DNA of 57,442 bases, the filler included, from Candidatus Woesearchaeota archaeon (GTDB lineage Archaea; Nanobdellota; Nanobdellia; Woesearchaeales; GCA-2685855): the NCBI GenBank assembly GCA_002685855.1. It is 4 parts of 4 records of this genome, joined end to end, with 100 filler letters (N's around TTAATTAATTAA, not from the genome) between each part and the next. Parts side by side here need not be neighbours in the genome. Positions count along the whole stretch, not along the records: positions 46,197 to 57,442 come from NYYS01000057.1; 3 more parts are not named here. One strand, written 5' to 3'. A program made the translations under genes and the position numbers. Below the pieces are notes generated by a model. The model saw only the letters and a program-made list of their open reading frames with translations, ran no database searches and was not told the DNA's origin. Each line of letters begins with the position of its first letter. The first letter of the stretch is position 1. Positions 49,696 to 57,442 of this stretch are shown in pieces.

Positions 49696-50486
49696 AGTCT
49701 GATTACATCAAGATCGTGTGGTAATGAAACGTGCATCTGTGAGTCATACGCTTGGTGGACAAGCCCTTTAATTTCTTCTTTCTTCTTCCTCTCATGTCTA
49801 TTCATATGCACAATATAGACATCCTGAATTCCTACGTCAGCACAGAAGTTAACTACATCCTCCATTGACGCATGTACACTATCGGATTCACCCTTAACAG
49901 TAAATCCTTCATGAATCAGAAAGTTCACACCCTCAAATAACCTCTTGCTTTCCTCTGTTAATCCACCATCACCACTAATAGCAAAACTTTCGCCATCATC
50001 ATAATCAAAACGAAGCGCATAGTTTGTAACACTATGTTGTGTATGTGCAGTTCTCACAACCATATCACCGATCTGCTGCTCCTTCCCCCATGTATGGTGC
50101 CGTAACGGAATAGTCTGCTTCAATGTTTGTGCAAGATTAATATATTCCAACTTCATCAACTCATCAAGAACCTTCTCTCTATCTGGTGGCGAATACACAT
50201 GTAATAGCCGTGTTCGTCCATTCTCCCACATCGGAACAAGCAAACTATTGATTCCGCCAATATGATCCCCATGAAGATGCGTAATCAATAGATGTTCAGG
50301 AGCCGTATGCAAAGCCGCTTCCCCTTCCTGACGACTCTGAAGAACCTTCAACAACCCCATCGGAGCAGTATACCCACAATCCACCATAATAGATGTCTCC
50401 GGAGTCTCAATAAGATATGATGTGTTTCTCCTATTTGGATCAAATGCCTCTCCTGTTCCTAAAAAAGTAAGTTTTCTTTCTGTCAT
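49692..50486 (-). CDS. MBL-fold hydrolase, RNase Z-like
   Basis: FLGTG, VDCG, THLHGDHIGG, SGDG, IHE, VH. Confidence 0.85.
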   Translation of the reverse strand: MTERKLTFLGTGEAFDPNRRNTSYLIETPETSIMVDCGYTAPMGLLKVLQSRQEGEAALHTAPEHLLITHLHGDHIGGINSLLVPMWENGRTRLLHVYSPPDREKVLDELMKLEYINLAQTLKQTIPLRHHTWGKEQQIGDMVVRTAHTQHSVTNYALRFDYDDGESFAISGDGGLTEESKRLFEGVNFLIHEGFTVKGESDSVHASMEDVVNFCADVGIQDVYIVHMNRHERKKKEEIKGLVHQAYDSQMHVSLPHDLDVIRL

Positions 50487-50600
50487 ACAATCCGAATTTG
50501 CTTTGTCAATATAAACCTTTTCTCATTTAAAAACAAAAGAGCTCTGCTTATAAACATCAAAGAAAAAGAATTTAAAAACAACCTTTTTCTCTTCTCTAGT

Positions 50601-51572
50601 ATGCAAAAGATCTCAATAATCGTCCCCGGAGCACTCAACACCGACCTCGTCGCATCAGGAATCAAAGAGTTTGTCCAGCCAGGACAACAACAGTACGGAA
50701 CAGCATTCTCCATCTACCCCGGCGGAAAATCAAGAAACATCGCACAGATGATCGCCAGCCTCGTAGGCCCAAACAAGGTAGCAATGATCGGAAAAACCTG
50801 CAAAGATCCAAACAACCTCTGGAAACCACCCATAGACGGACTCCTCGATGCAGGCGTCAACACAAGCCATATAAAACTCCTCTCAGCAGAAGAAGCCCAA
50901 ACCCACCCCGGCATTGCCTTCATCCACGTAAACACAGAAGGAACCAACAGCATCTACGTCCTCCCTGGAATCAACGCAACATTCTCCCCCCAAGACATCG
51001 ATGATGCCCAATCTCTCTTCACAAACGCACAACACACAGGAATCCTCGTCCTCTCCCTCGAAATGCCCAAACAAACAGCATACCACGCCATCCAGAAAGC
51101 CCACCAGCACAATATTAAGGTCTTTCTCGACCCAGGCGCCTACAAAAAAGAGGAATCCTATGATGACATATATAACAACCTTTACCTCATCAAACCCAAC
51201 GAACACGAAGCAGAACACCTCACAGGCATCAAAGTCACAGACAAAGAAACAGCAAAACAGGCAGCAGCATACTTCCTCCAACGCAACGTACAAAACGTCC
51301 TCATCACACTCGGAGAACAAGGAGCCTACCTCTTTACAAAAGAAACAGAACAACACATCCCCACACCAAAACTCAGTATTCAAGGAGAAAAGAATGCAAC
51401 CGGCTGCGGAGACCAAACCATCGCAGCCCTCGCAGCAGCAATCTCACAAGGAAAACCTCTCGAACAGGCAGCCAAACAGGCCATCCTCGCAGGAACCCTC
51501 CAATTCTACAAAGCAGGCATTGTTCCCGTGACAAACAAAGAAATAGAAGAATATACACAACACATAGATTAA
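50601..51572 (+). CDS. PfkB/ribokinase family carbohydrate kinase
   Basis: PGGKSRN, KPNEHEA, ITLGEQG, NATGCGD. Confidence 0.9.
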   Translation: MQKISIIVPGALNTDLVASGIKEFVQPGQQQYGTAFSIYPGGKSRNIAQMIASLVGPNKVAMIGKTCKDPNNLWKPPIDGLLDAGVNTSHIKLLSAEEAQTHPGIAFIHVNTEGTNSIYVLPGINATFSPQDIDDAQSLFTNAQHTGILVLSLEMPKQTAYHAIQKAHQHNIKVFLDPGAYKKEESYDDIYNNLYLIKPNEHEAEHLTGIKVTDKETAKQAAAYFLQRNVQNVLITLGEQGAYLFTKETEQHIPTPKLSIQGEKNATGCGDQTIAALAAAISQGKPLEQAAKQAILAGTLQFYKAGIVPVTNKEIEEYTQHID

Positions 51573-51711
51573 TATACATTCCCTTAAAAAGAAAACAGGG
51601 CAGAGCTCCAGCACTACCTTACCCTCTCTCGCAAAACAAAACCTTTATTAACAGTTTTCGCTCCCCGATTTAAAGAGGTGAGCATTCAGCAACCCAGAGC
51701 TAAACCTAAGG

Positions 51712-52152
51712 ATGAACACAATAAAACAATATATAGAACACTATTTTCAGCAGTATCCCTGGCTGAAAGAGTTCATAAAGTTCTGTATGGTAGGCGCCGT
51801 AGGCGTAGCAATAAACTCAGCACTCTTTTTCACAGCCTTTCACATCCTCCACAAAAAAATATATGTATCCTTTGCAATCGGCTACCTCACTGCATTCATC
51901 TTTGCATTCTACTTCAACATGATCTTCACCTTCAAAATAAAAAACAAAAGTAGATTCTACCCCCTGATGTTCAAATACCTCGGAGTCAGTATCGTAACCT
52001 TGATCATCGGAGCACTCACACTCAAATCGATGGTAGAAGTAATCCTCATAAACGTAAACATCGCATTCTTCCTCAACCTTGGAATAACAACCGTACTTAA
52101 CTTCACAGGAAACAAGTTCTACACCTTTAAACCTGTGGGTGATGCCGAGTGA
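51712..52152 (+). CDS. GtrA family membrane protein
   Basis: FIKFCMVG, four TM helices, NFTGNKFYTF. Confidence 0.85.
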   Translation: MNTIKQYIEHYFQQYPWLKEFIKFCMVGAVGVAINSALFFTAFHILHKKIYVSFAIGYLTAFIFAFYFNMIFTFKIKNKSRFYPLMFKYLGVSIVTLIIGALTLKSMVEVILINVNIAFFLNLGITTVLNFTGNKFYTFKPVGDAE

Positions 52153-53870
52153 AGATATCGCCCTCACTCATGTGCGCAGACCAGATGGAGATGATGAGAC
52201 ATATCGTCTCCTTAATCAAACTCGGCGTAGACCAGTTCCACTTCGACATCATGGACGGAAACTTCGTAGGAAACCTTGCACTCAACCTCAACATAATAAA
52301 AAAAGCAAGAGAACTCACACGAACACCATTCGACGTCCACCTCATGGTCCAAAACCCCTCAACCTACTTCGACCAACTCATAGAATATGGAGCAGACTAC
52401 ATCATCTTCCACCTCGAAACAAAAGAGGACATCCAAAAAAATATCGACTACCTCAAATCAAAAAATGTCCATGTAGGACTCGCACTCCACCTCGATACAC
52501 CTGTCTCAGCCGTCGAAAAATACCTCAACCACATAGACAGAATTCTCTTCATGAACGTACAAACAGGATACTCCGGACTATCATTTGATCCAAAAGTCTA
52601 TGAAAAGATAAACACACTCTACAGCTACATCAAAAAGAAAAACCTAAACATAGAGATCATGTCCGACGGAGGAATCAAACTCGAACACGTCAAACCCCTC
52701 TACGAAAACGGAACCGACACCATAGTTGCAGGAACATCGATGCTGTTCAATGCCAACGGCTTCAGTAACAACCTCCAATCATTCAAAACAATAAGAGCAC
52801 AACTCCCCATCAGAAAAGAGTGTGATCTCCCACTCTACACACCCGAAACACTCTACAAAGCAGCAGTCCTCAAAGAGGTCAACAAGTTCGAAGTCCAACA
52901 AAAGCCCCTCCGCCCACTCCAGGACCACGAAGCACTCATTAAAGTAATGAGCTGTGGAGTCTGCGGATCCGACCTCGTAAGAGTCTACAAAAAAGGAATG
53001 TACTCCCCCAACCTTGTACCCGGACACGAATTCTCAGGAACCGTTGTAAAAACAAACGACGCAAACGGATCACTCCTTGACAAACGCGTAGCAGTCTTCC
53101 CTCTCATTCCTTGTAAGACATGTGAACACTGCAAATCACAAAAACAGAACCTCTGCGAAAACTACAACTACCTGGGAAGCAGAACCGACGGAGCATTCGC
53201 ACAATATGTAATCGCACCAAAAGAAAACCTCATCTTTTTGCCAGATACCGTAAGCTACGACGAAGCAGCACTCATCGAACCCATGGCAGTAGCACTACGA
53301 GGACTAAAAAAACTATCCGACCTCACCCATTCAAACGTCATCATCCTTGGACTCGGCCCCATCGGCCTCCTCGCAGGAATGCTCGCAAAAAAAATGGGCG
53401 CCCACACCGTAACAGGAATCGACAGATACGAATTCAAACAAAAGATCGCAAAAGAATCCGGCTTCACCACCACCTACGGCCCAACAGACACCCCTCCAGA
53501 AAAAAGCTTCAACGTCCTCATCGAATGCAGCGGATCCTCAAAATTGCTAGACAATTCCATCCAACTCCTTCAAAAAGAAAGTCGAATCCTCCTCCTAGGA
53601 AACCACGAACAGGACTTTGTCCTCTCACCAAAAACCATATCCACCCTCCTCAGAGGAGAAATCAGAATCTACACCTCATGGAACTCCCTCACCGTAGACC
53701 CTGGAAACAACGACTGGAAGATCTGCGCAGACTACATCGCAAAAAAAGAACTCAACATAGCACCCCTTATCACCCACAAATACCCCCTCAGCGACATAAA
53801 ACAGGTCTTCGACAAGATCATAAACAAGGATATTCGCTCCCTAAAGGTGGTGATTAATCCGAATAGTTAG
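52149..53870 (+). CDS. Fusion: ribulose-phosphate 3-epimerase-like domain + Zn-dependent polyol dehydrogenase
   Basis: ISPSLMCAD, HFDIMDGNFV, DVHLMV, DGGI, VAGT then CGVCGSD, GHEFSG, CxxCxxC, GLGPIG. Confidence 0.88.
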   Translation: MKISPSLMCADQMEMMRHIVSLIKLGVDQFHFDIMDGNFVGNLALNLNIIKKARELTRTPFDVHLMVQNPSTYFDQLIEYGADYIIFHLETKEDIQKNIDYLKSKNVHVGLALHLDTPVSAVEKYLNHIDRILFMNVQTGYSGLSFDPKVYEKINTLYSYIKKKNLNIEIMSDGGIKLEHVKPLYENGTDTIVAGTSMLFNANGFSNNLQSFKTIRAQLPIRKECDLPLYTPETLYKAAVLKEVNKFEVQQKPLRPLQDHEALIKVMSCGVCGSDLVRVYKKGMYSPNLVPGHEFSGTVVKTNDANGSLLDKRVAVFPLIPCKTCEHCKSQKQNLCENYNYLGSRTDGAFAQYVIAPKENLIFLPDTVSYDEAALIEPMAVALRGLKKLSDLTHSNVIILGLGPIGLLAGMLAKKMGAHTVTGIDRYEFKQKIAKESGFTTTYGPTDTPPEKSFNVLIECSGSSKLLDNSIQLLQKESRILLLGNHEQDFVLSPKTISTLLRGEIRIYTSWNSLTVDPGNNDWKICADYIAKKELNIAPLITHKYPLSDIKQVFDKIINKDIRSLKVVINPNS

Positions 53871-53886
53871 AGAAATTCTTACAATC

Positions 53887-54896
53887 TAGTTAACGACATA
53901 AATAAGTTATAAATTGTTGCTTAAAAATGTGTGTTGTCCAGAATTTTTCTAGTGCTTCTTGCATGTCGTCGAGGGCTATGAAATGCTGTGACTTTGTCAC
54001 GGCATTTCTTGTAACTTTCCAGTTGGTTTCAATGGGTTTGAGTTCTGGACTGTATGGTGGGATGAATTCTACTTTGATCCAGGATTTTTGTTCATCATAT
54101 AGTTTTTTGACTGCTTGTGTTTTGTGCCATCCTGCGTTGTCGAGGATAAAAACATATTTTTTGTTTTTGTCCAGATGAGCAAATAATCCTCTTAAGAATG
54201 CTCTGAATGTGAGGCTGTTTTGTGAATCATGAAATTCATAAAATAGTTTTTGGTTTTCGACTTGTGCTGCAAACACAATAAGTTTCTTGTTGCTCCAAAA
54301 GAACGCGCCTTTCGGACGTTCTCCTCGAGGAAACCAAACTCGTTTGTAATTAGTAGTGAGCTGAAAGCTCACTTCGTCGATGGCGACGAGTTCATAACCC
54401 ACATACTCTTTGACGAGTTTTTTTTAAACCGTTCACGAAAAGCATCAACTTTATCTTGATCATGACGAAGATGTTGTGATCGCGGCGTTATCAAACTAAA
54501 ACCCAACTTATGCATAATACGCTCAACATGACGCAACGAGTAAGTTTCACCAATTTCCTGACAAATAATCTCACTAACCTGTTTCGTACTAACAGAACAA
54601 AAAGCCTCATTCGCCAACTTCACACGTTCCAGAATTCGCTGCTTAAGCAGCGAAAGATTCTTCACAGTCAACTTAGTCGGCCTACCACTCCGAGGCAACG
54701 TCTCAAAAGTACGACCTTGCAAACCACACCGAACCCACTTATGCACAGTTGGCTGACTACAACCAATCAAATCAGCAATATACTCCTGCTTCTTCCCTTG
54801 TTGATATAACTTCAAAATAAACTCACGTTCTCTTATAGATATCATACACCCACAAAAGAAGAACTACTATATATAATTTACTTATGTCGAAGACTA
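53887..54896 (-). mobile_element. IS630 family insertion sequence, apparently complete
   Basis: Terminal inverted repeats 53887-53911 and 54872-54896 (20/25 identical, including the flanking TA); HTH ORF + DDE ORF. Confidence 0.92.
53890..54845 (-). CDS. IS630 transposase, expressed via -1 frameshift at A8C (54425-54417)
   Basis: ORF A: HTH, RSGRPTKL; ORF B: AIDE, ILDNAGWH, PPYSPELKPIE; TTT AAA AAA AAC slippery site. Confidence 0.88.
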
Positions 54897-54938
54897 ATCA
54901 AGAGGTAACTATTTAAACGGTTTGTTGTTCCTACTTTC

Positions 54939-56054
54939 ATGTCAGAGCTAAAAGGAGAATGTTCAACAATGGAACAACAAAATCAGATTCCACAAACAAT
55001 GAAAGCAGTAGTATTTAAAGGAATAGATCAGCTCCAACTCGAAGAGGTCCCCACACCACAAATATCAGAAGATGACATCCTTATCAGAATAGACAGCTGC
55101 TCTATCTGTGGAAGTGATGTTCGCATCATCAGCAACGGCTACCATAGAGTTCCGCCCGGAACGATCATGGGCCACGAGATTGCAGGAACTGTTGTCAAGA
55201 TAGGCGACAACCAAAAAAACAAATTCTCATTCGGACAACGCATCTGCCTCGGAGCAGACATTCCCTGCGGACACTGTACCTGGTGCCAAACAGGAAGCAG
55301 CAACAACTGCAAAAACACGATCGCCTACGGCCACGAATACCCTGGCGGAGGCTTTGCACAATACATGAAGCTCGACAAAAGAAGCATCGACTTCGGACCC
55401 CTTGTTCTCCTTCCCCACAACGACCTCTCTCAAGACGAATTCGCACTCACAGAACCACTTGCCTGTTGCGTCAACGGACTCGAATACTGTAACATGAGCA
55501 TCGGAAAAACCATCCTCATCTTCGGAGCAGGACCACTCGGAATCCTCATGGCAAAACTCGCACGCACCATGGGAGCATCCTTCATCACACTCTGCGACAT
55601 CGACCCAGACAGACTCAACGCAGCAACCATCTCAGAAGCAGACCAGATCGTTCCCTCAACAGATGAAGCACTAAAAAAAATCGTTGACAAACACACCCAA
55701 GGAGAAGGATTCGACGTCGTCATAACCGCTTGCCCAACAATGAAAGCACAAGAACAATCGATCCACTACACAAAAAACAGAGGCGTCATCAACTTCTTCG
55801 GCGGACTCCCACAAACCGCAGGAAACCTCTCCTTCCCATCAAACATCCTCCACTACAAAGAAATAACCCTCTTAGGAAGCCACGGATCCACCCCACGACA
55901 CAACCAGATAGCAGCAGAGATGATCCTCCACAAAAAAATCTATGTCAAAGACCTCCTCTCCCAAACCGTTCCCCTTGAACAACTCCCCAAAGCAATCCAA
56001 GACCTAAAAACAGACAAAACCAATCTTAAAATCACTGTTAGACCCTGGGGGTAA
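54939..56054 (+). CDS. Zn-dependent alcohol/polyol dehydrogenase (alternative start 54969)
   Basis: ICGSD, GHEIAG, CGHCTWC..C, GAGPLG. Confidence 0.9.
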   Translation: MSELKGECSTMEQQNQIPQTMKAVVFKGIDQLQLEEVPTPQISEDDILIRIDSCSICGSDVRIISNGYHRVPPGTIMGHEIAGTVVKIGDNQKNKFSFGQRICLGADIPCGHCTWCQTGSSNNCKNTIAYGHEYPGGGFAQYMKLDKRSIDFGPLVLLPHNDLSQDEFALTEPLACCVNGLEYCNMSIGKTILIFGAGPLGILMAKLARTMGASFITLCDIDPDRLNAATISEADQIVPSTDEALKKIVDKHTQGEGFDVVITACPTMKAQEQSIHYTKNRGVINFFGGLPQTAGNLSFPSNILHYKEITLLGSHGSTPRHNQIAAEMILHKKIYVKDLLSQTVPLEQLPKAIQDLKTDKTNLKITVRPWG

Positions 56055-56082
56055 ATAATAAAATAAATACAAAGGTGATATA

Positions 56083-56940
56083 ATGTCATTTGAAAGAGAA
56101 CTACAAACTGCAAAAAACGCTGCACTCGAAGCAGGAGCCCATCTAAGAGAGGGATTTAACCTCTTACAAGCAGGAAGAATCGACGCAGTAAAAATTAAAA
56201 GCTACAAACAAGGAGATCAATCCAACTTTGCTACCAATAGGGATCTAGGATCCGAAGGAATCATCCTTAAAACAATCGAAGACGCATTCAAAGGAGATGC
56301 AGTTCTTGCAGAGGAAACAAAAGAGCATGTCACAGAACATAACGGCAGACTCTGGATTGTCGATCCTCTCGATGGAACACGTCTCTACGCAAACGGTATA
56401 CCTGAATACAGCATCTCGATCGGGCTCTGGCAAGACGGAGTGGTAAAAGCAGGAGTCATCTACGCCCCTTCAATGGGAAAAGACGGGCATCTATTCCATG
56501 CAGTTCGAGGAGAAGGAGCTTTTCTAGACGGAAAACCTCTAGTAAAACTCCACCCAGATCATACCCTTGAACAGGCACTCATTGCAACAGGATTTCATTA
56601 TCTAAAGAACGAAGATAAACTCATGGAACAGGCAACACAATGGGTTGTTCCTATACTCCTAAACTGTGCAGACGTAGTTCGCTACGGTTCAGGCGCACAC
56701 GACCTAGTAAAAGTCGCAACAGGACAGTTCGGTGGATACCTAGAAGAGGAAGGACCAAAACCCTGGGACCTCGCTGCAGGTCTTCTTATTCAGGACGAGA
56801 TGGGATGCAAACATTCTATCTATGATGGAAAACCCATCGACATCTTTCACAAAAACGAATCAGGCGCATACGACGTCCAGTTCCTCACAGCAAAGAACGA
56901 AAGAATTCATAATCAACTATTAGAACTTGTAAACAAATAA
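56083..56940 (+). CDS. Inositol monophosphatase family protein
   Basis: AEE, WIVDPLDGT, RYGSGA, PWDLAAG; SD AGGTGA. Confidence 0.9.
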   Translation: MSFERELQTAKNAALEAGAHLREGFNLLQAGRIDAVKIKSYKQGDQSNFATNRDLGSEGIILKTIEDAFKGDAVLAEETKEHVTEHNGRLWIVDPLDGTRLYANGIPEYSISIGLWQDGVVKAGVIYAPSMGKDGHLFHAVRGEGAFLDGKPLVKLHPDHTLEQALIATGFHYLKNEDKLMEQATQWVVPILLNCADVVRYGSGAHDLVKVATGQFGGYLEEEGPKPWDLAAGLLIQDEMGCKHSIYDGKPIDIFHKNESGAYDVQFLTAKNERIHNQLLELVNK

Positions 56941-56954
56941 GCAAAGGTAACACA

Positions 56955-57442
56955 ATGAAACTCGGAATAAACACAGGATTTGCACTCAACAGATTTCCAC
57001 GACCCGAACAATGGCTCAAAATCGTAGGAAAAGACCTTGGACTCAAATATGTCCAACTCACAGCAGACCTATTAAACCCGTCCTGGGGAGAAGCCATTGT
57101 CAACGACTACATCGACAGAATCAACGCCCTAAAAATAACCTACAACGTAGAGATCGACAGCGTCATGACCGGCGCATTCACTAGAGTAAACCACTTCAGC
57201 CACCCCGACCCCCACGTCAGAAGATACTGGATCAACTGGTTCAAACAGCTAGCAGACATCACAAAAAGATTAGGAGCAACAAACCTCTCAAGCCACTTTG
57301 GCATCATGAGCCACGAAGACGTCAACGACCCAATAAAAAGAGAACAAGCAACCTCATTAACCGTAGCAGCATGGAAAGAGATCGCAGAATACGGAAAACA
57401 GATCGGCCTTCAATACCTCAGCTGGGAACCTATGAGCGTCAA
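56955..57442 (+). CDS. Sugar-phosphate isomerase/epimerase (TIM barrel, EryC-like), 3' truncated; not in the ORF track
   Basis: MKLGINTGFALNRFPRPE..QLTADLLNPSW..MTGAFTRVNHFSHPD..WFK..WEPMSV. Confidence 0.8.
   Translation, partial: MKLGINTGFALNRFPRPEQWLKIVGKDLGLKYVQLTADLLNPSWGEAIVNDYIDRINALKITYNVEIDSVMTGAFTRVNHFSHPDPHVRRYWINWFKQLADITKRLGATNLSSHFGIMSHEDVNDPIKREQATSLTVAAWKEIAEYGKQIGLQYLSWEPMSV

Noticed and set aside
1..57442. CRISPR array, rRNA or prophage
   Set aside because: No regularly spaced direct repeats, rRNA-like sequence or viral hallmark genes seen

Overview
Four assembly pieces (1-18199, 18300-28910, 29011-46096, 46197-57442) joined by 100-nt N spacers that carry an artificial TTAATTAATTAA linker. 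Gene content points to a DPANN archaeon, most likely Woesearchaeota-like (inference): Cdc48, GatDE, CarS, Alba, S17e, an archaeal class III pilin and TATA-box leaderless genes. These are mixed with bacterial-type enzymes (AspRS with GAD insert, queuine-type TGT, lid-type adenylate kinase, GpmI). Highlights: (1) a tRNA-Arg(CCT) split by two long non-canonical introns (19/20 and 59/60) and a tRNA-Gln(CTG) with a 14-nt D-loop intron; (2) a two-copy non-coding element with compensatory base changes and IS200/IS605-like hairpins at contig ends; (3) a short [IVL]-[AST]-G-x-[AV] motif after the N-terminal hydrophobic segment of five secreted proteins from several unrelated families; (4) a phospholipid head-group operon; (5) a type IV pilus/secretion locus with unknown accessory genes; (6) GatE lacking its insertion domain; (7) a polyol/sugar cluster with an epimerase-dehydrogenase fusion and an intact IS630; (8) extreme strand-specific G+T versus A+C skew.
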